The notes under the pieces were generated by a model, which was given only the letters and a program-made list of their open reading frames with translations, was not told where the DNA came from and did no database searches. A DNA stretch of 64,000 nt. Origin: Anolis carolinensis (lineage: Eukaryota). Location: positions 306,017,749-306,081,748 of the forward strand of contig NC_085842.1 of assembly GCF_035594765.1 (NCBI RefSeq). The letters are read 5' to 3'. Positions 12,778-25,811 of this stretch are shown piece after piece (within the stretch, counting starts at the first letter, position 1; every line of letters begins with the position of its first letter). A program made the translations under genes and the position numbers.

Positions 12778-15700
12778 GTAAGTGCACTGCCTCGTATTGT
12801 CTGCACGTAACCGACTCAGATGGTCACAGTTCACAAGGGACTAAAACCACAGGGAGGAGATGGGGGCTCTCTCCATGCTATTGACTCTCAAGGAGCTCCT
12901 TTGATATCTCCCTCCTATTATAAAATGACATCCTTGCATTTAAATTTTCTTTCAGCAGATTTTTAGGAAAAGGAGACGTAACTATCCCAGATACTTTCTC
13001 TATAACAAGTGAAAAATGTGATATATTTGTGCTTAGTGTTTCACGCTGTCTCTAGAATAGACTTTCTGAAAATAGTTTGTGTGGATAAATTTTGTCTTCT
13101 CCTTCCTCAGACAGATCTTCAAATTTTATTTCTATAAACTGATTTAATTGTGTGACCTTTTTCTTTTTATAGAAAACATAGAGCTAACGTTCCATGTTAC
13201 ATGAGTTTGCTTAAATTGTATAAACAGCTTAAGTTGACCTCCTTTGCCACCAAGATTCAAGGCCCTTATGCAAAAGAATAAATAAAATGGAAGTGTCTTT
13301 CTTTTCTTTTACCAAAACCATTCGTAAATGATCATTGCAAGTATTTTTGTTTCCCTTCCCATCTAATAAGCTCCATATTTGTTTAAAAAGCAATTGCTAG
13401 TTTCAAGTTGTATACACATGTTTTTTCTCTCTTTAAAATTGATTGCCAAATAATTGTAATAATATCAAGAATCTATGTGTCGGATAATGCAGAACATCAC
13501 AAAAAAATTCCATGAAAATATAGCAGCCCATCACTAATAGTGCGGCCACAAAAGCAATTGTAATTTCAAACCTCCGCTACATCATTTCACTAATGATCAA
13601 TTACATAATGGTCGGCTAAATCCCACATCTAAGATGATTATGGGTGAAAGGTTAATGACCTATGGAATTTAAGACATGCTGGGGCTATATTTAGAAGTAA
13701 CTGGTTTGTGACGTGGACTTGGAAACGTATAGCATCTGAAGTGCAACTTTTTAATATTTGGAACTCAGTTGATAGCAATGATGTTTCTGGGGTGGCATCC
13801 GTTCAAAGCCTGGAATGAGCAGATTCTGCATATAATGAGGACTCCTTTCAATAATGCCTTTAATAATGCAATTGCATTCAAACCTAAATTGTGTTTCCTC
13901 TAAGCGGAAACCAGAATTAATGTGCTTTTCAAGACTGGAATTAAATGTTGTATTCAGAGCAACCTATAGAAACGTAAGCAGCTGTTACATAAATTGTTGA
14001 TGAAAACAAGGGTACGTGAAGATAGCTGTAAACCCCCCCTTTTCTCCTGATAATACCCCAATTTTATAGCTGCACAGACTGAGTTTCACAAGGGTGAAAT
14101 GACATGCCAAAGGTCATCCAGTGACTCAGTGGCTCAGGTGGATTTAATCCCACGTGACTCTCCTATGTTCTGTTTGTTTCCCTTATTTTGTGCATTTCCT
14201 CCATTTGTCAGTGCTCGAAGCATAGCAATAAAGTAAAAAATTAGTGAAGTGTGCAAAAGGTTAGTGAGAGGAAAAAGCCTCAAATAATATATAACCCAGT
14301 AATGAGTGTTGTCTGGCAACCAAAGTGACACAATTACAACACAAAAAAGCTTAATTGAGGCTGTAGCCACACTGTACAATTAGCGCAGCTTGACCCCACA
14401 TTAACTGTCATGGCTCAATACTACGGAATTCTAGGAACTAGTTTTGTGAGGTAGTTATCCTTGTCTGTCATGGAGCTCTGGTGCCACAACAAACTCCAAA
14501 TCCCAGGGTCCCAGAGGATGGGGTTACCACTGTTGCAATACTATCAAACTGCTGTAATTTTGCAGTATTAGATGGCATCTGAGGCTGTATCTATACTGCA
14601 GAATTAATGCAGTTTGACACTACTTGAACTGTCATGATTCAATGCTATGGACTCATAGAAGCTGCAGTTTGGTGATGCACCATCACTCTGGCAGGCGAGA
14701 CTTAGCCTTTGTATAAACAGAGCCTTTTATACAAAGGCTTTGTATAAGCCTTTGTATAAAACTACTCCTCTCATGGTTCCATAGCATTGAGCCATGGCAC
14801 CAATTCTATGGTGTAGATGTACCCTGTGTTTCATATTGATTCATTTTTGTCACTGAACTATTTTTGAGTGACTTTGTTACATGCTAATAGAGATCCACAT
14901 TGCCACTAACTAACTTTTTTGGACTACAATAATGTTTGTGTGGTAGGGGAAGTTTGGGAGTTGCAGTCCCAAAAGTGACTTTGTCAAGATCTGGTGCAGC
15001 ATCTAACATCCAACAGTGACCAAACAGATGCCACAAAGAATCCCAATCTCACCAGGTAGTGTTCATTAGTAGTCTGCAAAGGCAAGGAACCTGTGACCTC
15101 AACCTAGTTGCAAACTCTGTTTGCTTTGCCTTCAGTTCCATCCATCATTGGCCTGTGGCCCACAACAGAATACTCCAGACCATGCAAAGCTTTCCTACCT
15201 CAAAACACTGCCTCCAAACATGAAAGTGTAGCTCAACCATGGGAAATGTGCAATCCTCCACATGCTGTTGGACTCTGGTTTTTATTAGCCAATGGTGAGG
15301 AATGATAGAAGTTCAAGTTGTAGAAGGCTAGATGGTCCCCATCCTTGGTTTAAAATAGCAAACCCAATGTCTGCAATTTGCTTTGTGCACCTAAGAAGAG
15401 TATGATATGATATGTACTGATTCTCAAGAAGGAAATCATCTGGGTTCAACATATTTGAAAATCACTAACCACACGGACAACCAGTTTTGACAAACCCATG
15501 GAAGGGGAAGGGTGCATCTACAATGTAGAATTAATCCAGTTTGACACTATTTTAAGTGCTGTGGTTCAATGCTGTGGAGTCCTATGAATTATAGGTACAA
15601 ACACTTTTAGACAGAGAAGGCTAAAGGCCTTCTGAAACTACAAAGTCCATGTTTCTATCGCATTAAGGCATGGCAGTAAAAGTGTCAAACTGCATTAATT

Positions 15701-16315
15701 GTGCAGTGCAGATACACCCAAAATGATGTAATATACCATACTTATCAATCTCACCTCCATATTTATTTTCTTGTATCCCATTTATCGCAGATACCATTTG
15801 CTCAGGAAGAGCAGAAGGCTAAAATAGACCTTATTTTATCTATCAGACCTTGCCCCTAGGATTGCATACATGTTGAAATCCTGACCTGTGTCAAATTTAA
15901 GACATTTTATGGCTTTATCCAAAAATGTGTATTCTAACAATTATATCAACCTTGATATTTAGTATTTTTTTCTGTAATTTGGAAGTCTTTTATAATCTGA
16001 GGCCATCAGCTCTACTTAGCCTATGTAGAAACATGCCTGGCCCTTGTTCATGTGTAGTAAACAGGGCAATCATGAAGCAAAAGCAGAAGAAGGAATGCTC
16101 CTTTGCTCAATCCTAACATTTCACACAGATTACACCATGGCCTTCTACATGTCACAGATGAAATCTGGATATTTGGCCAAGTAACATCCAAGTGTGGTCA
16201 AAGTGGCAAAATGGATTAATGGGGATGAAGACATAAGCCAGGAAAGGCTGCAGCAGTTTGCTTTTGCCTGAGTCTTCTGATGTGGGCAATATTCTGCTCT
16301 CTTCTCTTTAATGAA

Positions 16316-16625
16316 TTGCCTCTGGTGGTGCAGCGGGTTAAACCGTTGAACTGCTGAACTTGTTGACCAAAAGGTTGGCAGTTCGAATCCGAGGAATGGG
16401 GTGACATCCTGCTGTTAGACCCAGCTTCTGTCAACCTAGCAGTTCAAAAACATGCAAATGTGAGTAGATCAATATGTACTGCTCTGGCAGGAAGGGAACA
16501 GTACTTGGTCACATGGCCTTGGAGGCGTCTGTGGACAATGCCGGCTCTTTGGCTTAGAAATGGAGATGAGCGCCAACCCCCAGAGTCAGACACGACTGGA
16601 CCTAATGTCGGGAAAACCTTTACCT
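16316..16625 (+). mobile_element. Sauria-type SINE
   Basis: Core as above, with an ACCTTTACCT tail. Confidence 0.85.
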
Positions 16626-17905
16626 AAACTGCTTTCGTACTTTGACATCAAACATAAAGGCATAAACAGTTATAGGAGTGGGGCAGAATGCAAATTGTAT
16701 CCCTTCTCTAAAGAACATGTGTTCAAATCAAGGCTCACAGGTTGAATCCAATCATTTTATGTGGCCCTCTGGATGCTGGGCTACAAGTTCTGTATTCCTT
16801 ATCATGGACATCATGACTAGAGCTGATGTGAGTTGTGATACAGGCTGCAATTTGTTATGTTTGATCAGCATAGTGGGGTTTGAGTTTAGATACAAGGCAT
16901 GTGAATATGATGTCTGACTTTAAGATGCCCTTGAACCTTTCCCTCAAGTGGTGCAGTTCATACCCACATGGCAAATAATCAAAAGGATGGGAGTTGTTGA
17001 TCACTAACATCTGGGGACCCAATTTGGGTAAAAGCTAAAGAACACTGACTATGTAAAAATAATTACAGTTATCCCTCAGTATTCATGGATTCTCTGTCCA
17101 TGGATTCAACGAACCTTTGAAGGCAACCATAAGGCTGTTGTGGCTCTCAATGAAAATGAGTTTGGCACCTTTGCCCAAAAGTGTCAGCGGGCTGGGCAAG
17201 GAGGTAGAAGTCTTTCCTATATTTGCTGTGGCCAGTTAGCATTGATGTGTGAAAGCAATCAATGTGCTTACCAAAAATCAGTTTCCCTGAGTTTAAAACT
17301 CTCCCTGAGAAAATGGCTTTTGTTACAGATACTGTAGCAAGGACACTGGTATTAATAGACAGACAGACAGACAGACAGACAGATTTTCTTGTTCAGAGAC
17401 TGTAGCTGTAAACCCAGTCAGCAAGGGAAAGGGTTGCAGCTGTGCACAAAGGTTGGTGCACATGGGATTGGAGAGATCAGAAGAGAACTGAGCAGCACTT
17501 CAGAAATATTTGTATAGTAGAAGGATGTGCAGAGCGAGTTTTGAACATGTCTACCTGTCCACTCAGTAGAAATGTCTGGTGCTGGCTTGACAGCTGAGGT
17601 GGTCAATTAAATGATGGATGAATTAGCCCTTGCCTTCCTCTCAGGATGAGAGTGTGTGATTTACCCAAGGCAATCCAGTGGATTTTTATGGCTGAGTGGT
17701 GATTTGAACCCTACTGCCCTAGAAGCCTAGTCCAGCACTCAGCCCACAACACCATGCTGGATCTTCTGGACCTTCCATTCAACCCTGGTGCAGTAATTAC
17801 TTGTTGCCACCCATACACATGAGATGTGAAAGGGAGACTGGAATAATCCTATATATACATGGGGATTCTGGCTGGGGAATCATGGTCAAATCACATCTCT
17901 CTAGC

Positions 17906-18609
17906 ATAGCATTTCTCAACCGGGGGGTCGCAAAGGGAGTTCAGAGGAGTTGGCAAAGACCAGTATTTTCTGTTGGTCGTGGGGGTTTTGTGTGGAAAGT
18001 TTGGTCCAATTCTGTCATTGGTGGGATTCAATGGACTCTTTGATTGTGGGTGAACTATAAATCCCAGCAACTACAACTCCCAAATGTCAAAGCCTATTTT
18101 CCCCAAATTCCACCAGTTTTCAAATTTTGTCATATTGAGTATTTGTGCCAAGTTTGGTCCAGATCCATCATTGTTTGAGTCCACAGTGCTCTCTGGATGT
18201 AGGAGAACTACAACTCCCATATTCAAGCTCAATGCCCACCAAACCCTTTCCTGTTGGTCATGGGAGTTCTGTGTGCCAAGTTTGGTTCAATTCCATTGTT
18301 GGTGGAGTTCAGAATGCTCTTTGATTGTAGGTGAACTTTAAATCCCAGCAACTAAAACTCCTAAATGACAAAATTATTCCCCCCCCCCCAACCTCACCAG
18401 TATTCAAATTTTGGCGTTTCAGCTATTTGTGCCAAATTTGGTCCAGTGAATGAAAATACATCCTGCATATCAGATATTTACATTACAATTCATAACAGTA
18501 GCAAAGTGAGTTATGAAGTAGCAAGGAAGCTAATTTTATGGTTGGGGGTCACCACAACATGAGGAACTGTATTAAGGGGTCACAGCATTAGGAAGGTTGA
18601 GAACCACGG
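17906..18609. mobile_element. hAT-type non-autonomous element with internal repeats
   Basis: Ends ttctcaacc...ggttgagaac; repeated aaatcccagcaactacaactcc units. Confidence 0.75.
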
Positions 18610-18636
18610 CTCTAACACGTGCCCACTGCTTCTTCT

Positions 18637-18770
18637 TAGAATCATAGAGTTGGAAGAGACCACGTGGGCCATCTAGTCCAACCCCCTGCCATGCAGGAAA
18701 GCACAATTGAAGTATCCCTGACAGATGGCCATCCAGCCTCTAATTTAAAAGTTTCCAAGGAAGGAGATGT
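18637..18770 (-). mobile_element. Short CR1 3' end
   Basis: tagaatcatagagttggaagagaccac... matches the CR1 tail at 36020. Confidence 0.8.
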
Positions 18771-19409
18771 AAACATTCCCTCACCAATTTTTATTTCAAA
18801 ATCCCCACAATTGGAATAAGCTAAAAATCTACCATAGGATAGAGGTGAGAGCTACCTACTGATGACTTGTAGCTTCCACATCAATGAGATGGTGACCTGC
18901 CTTAGATTTTATTTTGAAGGCATTATCCAAGGGGTTGATCCATATCTGTAAAATAAGTAGCTTTTTGGATAACTCTTTTAAAGGCGAGACTGAACTCTGG
19001 AATGAGTTTGCCATTCCACTGAAATGGAAGGAAGCCTCATACTACCCAACTGTCCCAATTTAGCAGAGACAGTCCTGATTTTCAGCTGCTTTTAAAATGT
19101 CCCAGTTTTTTCCTCTTTCCACTTCCTCTCTTTATCCTCCTCTTACTTCACTTGCAAGCTGGGTTAGGGTGCAAATGTAGCTTGCAGTCCATTAACTCAG
19201 CATGGAGGAGAGGAGGAGGCAGAGCCTTGTCCTTCCCAGTAGACTCAGGTGAAAGCAAACTGCTGCAGCCGGTCTTAACTTGTGTGGCTTCCTTATTGCT
19301 GTATTACCATTATGATTACAGTCTGATATTGCTTGGCCACAAGCATCCCAACCTTCATCTGTGAAATGTTGGAGGGTTCCCACTGTATCTACCTCACTTA
19401 TGTGAGGTT

Positions 19410-19620
19410 GGGCTGTGGCGCAGGCTGGCTGGCAACCAGCTGCAACAAATCACTCTGACCAAGAGGTCATGAGTTCGAGGCCCGCCCATGCCTGTGTCTG
19501 TCTCTGTTCTATGTTATGGCATTGAATGTTTGCCTTATATGTGCAATGTGATCCGCCCTGAGTCCCCTTCGGGGTGAGAAGGGTGGAATATAAATACTGT
19601 AAATAAAATAAAATAAATAA
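19410..19620 (+). mobile_element. SINE with (TAAA)n tail; further copies at 24610-24833 (-) and 26866-27107 (+)
   Basis: Three similar copies: gggctgtggcgcaggctg...ccgccctgagtccccttcggggtgagaagggcggaatataaat. Confidence 0.85.
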
Positions 19621-20747
19621 ATTATGTGTGCTGGTCCCAAGCCAAACTGGAACAATAGCATGTCAAGCTGTAATGTAATTCTTAAAGTAGTATTTGCTGA
19701 ACATTGTAATGGTGAGAGTAGACATTATGAAGCCAAGTCCAGAGACAGGCAACTCTTCTAGTAGATCTTACCTGATTCTTACCTTTAAAGCCCTAAATGG
19801 CTTGGGTCCAGACTATTTGATGAACTGCATCTCCCACTATAGGACAACTTGGACAGTGTGGTCATTGGAGGAGGCCCTGCTCTCAGTCCCACTCCCGTCC
19901 CAAGCATGGCTGGTGGGAACGAGAGAAAGGGTCTTCTCCATGACTCACTGGCTTACGAGGAGGAGGAATAGATGGTAATACTATCATTATACCTCTAATT
20001 TGTAGCTACTATCCGTATCTGTGCCCTGTTCGCCCCACCAGCTCAATGGACATCTTGAGCAATGCTCAACCTATTTGCCCCCAAGGAACTGGGAATGCTT
20101 CTGTTTGATGCTTGATGTTTTGTTTTATATCTGATATAACAGGTTGCGTTTTTAATTTAATTTTAGTTAAGTCATAATCTGTTTTTATATGTTGGGTTGT
20201 CAATTTTTGTTATTATGGGTGAACTGCTCTTGTTTGCCTTTTATGTTTGGAATCTGCCCTGGGTCCCTCTGGTGAGATAGGATGGAATATAAATAAATAA
20301 AGTTTATTATTTTTAGGGTGTCTTTATGTAGGTTCTGGACAGCCTTCCTTTGGAGGTGATTTACCCTTTATTCTTTCTGTACCAATTCAAAGGTTGGATT
20401 AGATAGTTTATGAGATCTCCTCTATCTCCATGAGTATATCTCCATGACTATGCTATTATTATGGCTTGGCATTGCATTATTTGTCATTGCTCTGTATTCA
20501 AGGACCCTGGGATCTGTAGTTTGGCAAGGTATCCAGAATTATCTGTTGGAGAGCTCTAACCCACTCCTCTTACTACAATTCACCTTACTATAAATCCTAG
20601 TATTCTGTAATGTAAACAGTTGAAATAGTAGTTAAAGTGGTACCTACCTACCAAGCAGCTATAACTGTTATAGTGTACACATGCTCTTACCAGCCAGTAG
20701 TAGGGTGTTCAGTTTATGGTTACAAAGCATTTTCTTTTTGCTTTTAG

Positions 20748-20835
20748 AATGGAAAGAGATGCAGCCTTTGCACAAAAAAAGGCTGAGAGGGCTGTCCTGA
20801 GGGTCCATATGCGAGAGAAGTACAGACTTCCAAAG
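20748..20835 (+). CDS. CPLX4: Complexin-4 coding exon 2 (SNARE-binding central helix)
   Basis: ttttAG acceptor. Translates [29 protein letters not shown]; GTAAG donor at 20836. Confidence 0.96.
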
Positions 20836-21916
20836 GTAAGAAACTTTTCTAAAGTAACATATTGTTGCTGTTGTTATATTCCTTTATATTCCACCTTTCC
20901 TCTCCCCTACCAATGCAGATCAAAAACCGACAGAAACCGTCATTTTAGCATGCATGCAGTAAGATTCCCACATCTATAGGGGATATGCTCTTAGCTGGAC
21001 CTCAGTTATATAAAACTACAGATAGGTCATGGACCATTGAATTAATTCTGGTCCCAGCATGCCACAGAGTTGCAGTGGAGGACCTAGAGATTCAGAGATA
21101 GATATCATCTCGAGGAATTTGTTAGGATCCCCAACACAACTCTATAGTTACTTCTGGCTGAATTATATTATATAATTGTCTTCAGGTGCTAGGAAAATCC
21201 TAGAGAGACCTGAGTGTGGGTGAAACCACAGATATGGGTGCTATGTTTATGGGAGTCTTACTGTGTACCCCACAGAGTTAAAACATTTGAAATTAATTAA
21301 ATGAATATTTTTAAGAAACAAAATAGAAATTGGAAGTTTTCACTTGCTGGAAGAAGAAGAACAAGGAAAGAGGCATCCTAGCCTTGCCTGAAGACTGGAA
21401 GCAGCCACCAAGAAGTCCCTTTCCATCTTTCCCACCAAGCAGGGAAATGGGATAAATAAAAGGGCCTCCCCCAAAACGTTTGGCACTTGAATTAGTGAAT
21501 GGGTTCATGTAGCACATTTATGTCTTACATTTCATACAACTGTTATTTAGCCTCATATGGTAACTTGGGAATCCTGAGACTTTTGAGGGGCTGTAAGTCC
21601 CCAAACTCTGCTTTATGCATGCTTCAAGGATATGGACCTCCTTTCGCAGAGAGACTAGACTGGTTCACTCCAAGCTGTCTTCCCAGTGGCAGGCAAAGAG
21701 GTGTTTTCAATAGTTTGGTGATTGCTCATGGGAAAAAGCTTTTAATGGTGTTGTATATTATCTCAACTTTTTTACTTTTTGTGTTTACTTCTCTCTATAT
21801 TTTAATAATAGATTCATGTTTTATGTCACTCTCACCAATTTGGGATCATACTGAAGTTTCCAGGCCAAACCTGAGACCAAGGGACATCCCCTGGTGATGT
21901 CCATAAGTATTATATA

Positions 21917-21993
21917 CAGGGTGTTTGAAAAAGAACTCCCTAGTTTTAAGTATAATTACATTAAAACTAGGGAGTTCTTTTTCAAACACCCTG
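21917..21993. mobile_element. 77-bp palindromic mariner-type MITE
   Basis: 33-bp perfect inverted repeats CAGGGTGTTTGAAAAAGAACTCCCTAGTTTTAA, 11-bp spacer, TA flanks. Confidence 0.88.
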
Positions 21994-22599
21994 TATTAAG
22001 TGCCAACCAAAGTTGCCCACAGCTTGTCATTCAGATAGAACACATGAACACAAATACACAAATACCTTATCTTCCTGTTTGAAAGTTAAAATAGAAGCCT
22101 TTGCTAAAAGGACTGTTTCCAGGTGTGATAAGAAATATATTAATCAGGCCGATTTTCTTCTAGCCAGAAATGAATACAGAGCAGAGTGGGAGGTGAGCCC
22201 TGGCACTACAACAACTGTAAGGGAAGAAAAGGAAAAGGAAGCCAACTTCTCTAGGAGATGTAATTCTGTGGTTAAGTTGTGTGATTATTTTTACCTGAAA
22301 GAACACCTCTCTAGGAACTCTCAATTTTTCCGTGCAATTCTGTGATTAATGTCTGATGAAACATGATGTCGGATATCTAATGTATAGGAGGAATTTCCCC
22401 AGCATTGGCCATGATTCAACCTCTGTTAAACATTTGTATCGTACTACCTTGGCAGCTACCTCTCCACAAAAGTCAATATTGACATTGAAATACAACACCA
22501 TCTTAGCTCTACTCCAGAAACATTATTTTTGTGGCAGAAACTGTGCTAAATTGGTGGAGACTCAAAAAAAACAAAATGTGTTATATAATATATATATAG

Positions 22600-23055
22600 C
22601 ATGACATCGTCTGATGGAAGCTGGCTGGAAAGTGTTCATGAATCTGTGGGTGAGTTGGAGTCTGAGGAGGAGACTTTGCTAGTACCCACATTCCAGGAGA
22701 GGCGAAAGGAAACAGAGCAGAGACATTGTTCAGTTAGATTAGCTGCCAGAAATGCAGCTGAGTAATTAAGAACTGCCCTAGCAGCTGTGTGGGGACCCAG
22801 GGCTATAAAAGCAGAAGCAGGTGCAGCCAGCTCTTGCTGGTAACAAACTGACTCTAATGCCTTCACTCTCTGTGTGTGCCTGCTCCAAGTCTGCATCTGG
22901 ATTTATGCCTGTTTCTTTGTCTGAAGTAAGACTTCCTGGCTTTCTTTTGCATTATTTCACTGAATGTACTGCACTTTATGTTTTGCTGAAGTAAAGCAGC
23001 TTTCATTTACTTACCACAGTGTCTTAAGGCTGTTCTTGAAAGACAAAACAGGACA
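22600..23055 (+). mobile_element. LTR-like element
   Basis: TATAAAA near 22804, AGTAAA near 22990, ends in ...GGACA. No TSD found, so the boundaries are approximate. Confidence 0.45.
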
Positions 23056-23209
23056 GTATCATTGCAACTGTTCTAATCTTCTGATTAGAAGAATTAGGTG
23101 CTTGTGAAGCACCCGTAGTAGTAAATTCTAAACCATCACAACATTCTTGAAGGGCCCAGATTTTGGAAGGCTAGCACTATTTTTTACAGCTCTAGAGAGC
23201 TCTTTTTTT

Positions 23210-23384
23210 GCAGTGGAACTCTCTGCCCCGGAGTGTGGTGGAGGCTCCTTCTTTGGAGACTTTTAAGCAGAGGCTGGATGGCCATCTATTGCGGGTGCTT
23301 TGAATGTGATTTTCCTGCTTCTTGGCAAGGGGTTGGACTGGATAGCCCACAAGGTCCCTTCCAACTCTATGATTCTATGATTCT
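23210..23384 (+). mobile_element. Short CR1 3' end
   Basis: Matches the 3' end of the 36-37 kb element and has an ATTCTATG tail. Confidence 0.85.
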
Positions 23385-24395
23385 TTAAGTATACACCTCT
23401 GTGAGGTCTTTAGAGCCATGCATTATGGGTTGAGGGACCTGTATAATTTTCCAATTATATGTATATGATTGTAACCCTGGATTACAAATCCTGCATTTCA
23501 TGATGTAAAATATAGTCACAATATTCTTAAACAATAATATATTTTTAAGTTTCTAAGGTGCTGTGATTCTCTCTTTTTGTGCATAGGTTTAAAATTCTGT
23601 CCCTCGTTAACAAATAAATTAATACCCCAGATCATTTCAAAATGAATGTCTTCATAGTGAAAACTGGAAAGAGGAATGTCTTGAAGTGGATGCCATTGAA
23701 CAGGACATCTTTTGCTTTATATAAATGTGAAACATTTCATATCATCAGACCAGAACATCGCGTGACAGCAGTCTGTAGCTGAACAACACAGTGGAGTTAC
23801 AGCTTGGTTATTAGGTTTTAACAGCTGGACTTAGAATCTAAGTATAGAATCTAAGTATAGATGGTTAGGCTGTGTTACTTTCTGTCTTTATTTTGTACTC
23901 TAATCATCAGCATCCAGGGCATATTAGTATGTCAGCTTCTTTTCAGAAAATATTGTTCATCAGTCGACATGTACTATAGGTGTTTGTTTAGATACCCAAG
24001 AGAGTAAGTCTGCAGCGTGGAAAAGTAGTTTTGGACTACAGGTCTAAAAATCCCCAGCCAGTAGGGCCAGTTAATTAGGACACACAATTCTTCAGAGCAG
24101 AGGACAACCTTTGACCCTACAAATATTTTTGACGATGGACCCCTAAATCCCTTACCATATATCGTACAACACTTCACAGATGGAAAGTGGAAAATATTGT
24201 GGACTGTATCTCCCATAATCCCTGACCACATACCCATCAGAATTTTCACAGGGAAACTGTGACAAATGTAGCCAAACAACATAGAATATGGTCAAGATGA
24301 CAAAAGTTTTTAATGATGAAGGACACATATGCTTAGACAGGAATCATGCACTGTCTTAACAGGAATCTTGGCAGGAACACAGTGGGAGGAAACGT

Positions 24396-24581
24396 TCACT
24401 CTCTTCTTGAGCTTAATTTAGATTTCATTTCTCTCCTATAAGATGCTATAACATACAACTTCATGTATTTGCTGATCTTGTGGTTGTTTTTCACCAACTC
24501 TGCAAGCAATTCTTGAATCTTCTTGATCGATTCGTTATTTGGTCCTGAAGCAAGTACAATCTCGGTCTTGTCCTGACTGGG
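24396..24581 (-). CDS. Nested family, copy A exon 2 (C-terminally truncated)
   Basis: tttttctcAG acceptor, phase 0. PSQDKTEIV...KSKLSSRRE*. The stop results from a ~17-nt deletion relative to copies B and D; spliced product 171 aa. Confidence 0.7.
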   Translation of the reverse strand, partial: PSQDKTEIVLASGPNNESIKKIQELLAELVKNNHKISKYMKLYVIASYRREMKSKLSSRRE

Positions 24582-25309
24582 CTGAGAAAAATGACAAAAC
24601 AAAATCATTGTTTATTTATTTATTTATTTACAGCATTTATATTCCGCCCTTCTCACCCCAAAGGGGACTCAGGGCGGATCACATTGCACACATAAAGGCA
24701 AACATTCAATGCCATAACATAGAACAGAGACAGAGACAAGACGCAGGCACGGGCTGGCCTCGAACTCATGACCTCTTGGTCCGAGTGATTTGTTGCAGCT
24801 GGCTTGCTTTCCAGCCTGCGCCACAGCCCGGCCTTATCAAACATAACGGGGGGAAACATGCATAGAGGTCTATCAAAATTGCCATTTGGTTTTTACTAGT
24901 TGTAGACTTTACTTTCGAGTCTTGCTCACAGCCTATAGATCATCCCTTTCCCAACTCCTGCTCCCAGCTTCATCCCAAGGTTTCACTTTCTTCTTACTCC
25001 ATTCTCTGAGGTTGCATCTACACTGTAGAATTACTGCAGTTTTACACCAGTTTAATACTGTGGTGCAATCCTATGGGATTCTGGAAGTTGTAGTTTCACA
25101 AGGTTTTTAGAGTTCTAATGTCTCACCTTCTACAACACCCAGGATTGCATAGCATTGAGCCATGAGAGTTAAAGTTGTATCAAATTGATATTTTCACTAA
25201 TTCCTTGGAATCTGTGGCCATGCAAAAACATAATAAAATATGTTGGATCTCTAATTACAAATGCGTAGACCATCTCCTTCAATATATTATTCATACATAC
25301 AAGTCTTAC

Positions 25310-25639
25310 CTTGGTGTTTTTAATGTGTCGCATTAAAAGGCGGAATATTAAAAAAACAATAATTGTAATGAGTAGCTCTGTACCAATAGCAGCCAACTTC
25401 TCTAGGCACCTTTTGGAAAAGACTAGGTCAGAAATACTGTGACATATTTGACAGGCTGAGCTATAAAGACTGTTAGATGGTGTGCCCATCAAAAGTTGCT
25501 CTCCTTCCTTTTCTCTTGTACGAAAAACAACAATTGTGAGAGCTGGTTCCTCACAACTGAAAATATCCTGAAATAAAAAGACTAAAGAGAGGAAGAGGGT
25601 TCCCAAGAGAAGCACATAGAAAGCGCCTGGAAGGGCCAT
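25310..25639 (-). CDS. Nested membrane-protein family, copy A exon 1 (signal peptide and TM helix)
   Basis: ATG in AGCATGG context, 110 codons ending RHIKNTK, GTAAG donor at 25309. Homologous to copies B-E. Confidence 0.78.
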
Positions 25640-25704
25640 GCTGCTGCCTTAAAAACAATTTCTCCCCCAGAAACATTTAGAATAGGAAGCCTTTAATGTA
25701 GGCG

Positions 25705-25800
25705 CATCAGCCAATCAGGCGTGGGGAAATTCTATGAGGTCATAAAGGGGTCTTTATGAGAAATAGTCTATGATGCCATTGATACCTCAAGGGAGGAACT
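25705..25800 (-). promoter_or_regulatory. Conserved upstream block of copy A; homologues at ~43280-43370, 47690-47770, 54430-54520 and 58190-58270
   Basis: AAATTCTATGAGGTCATAAAGG (+ strand) lies 81-96 bp upstream of each ATG (variant CGATGTCA in D). A CCAAT box (CAGCCAAT) is present in A, B and D. Confidence 0.55.
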
Positions 25801-25811
25801 AGGTCAAGGTG

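Noticed and set aside
25169-25309. ORF continuation VRLVCMNN... after KNTK (also in B, C, D and E)
   Set aside because: This is read-through into the intron past a consensus GTAAG donor; its length varies and it runs into TEs.
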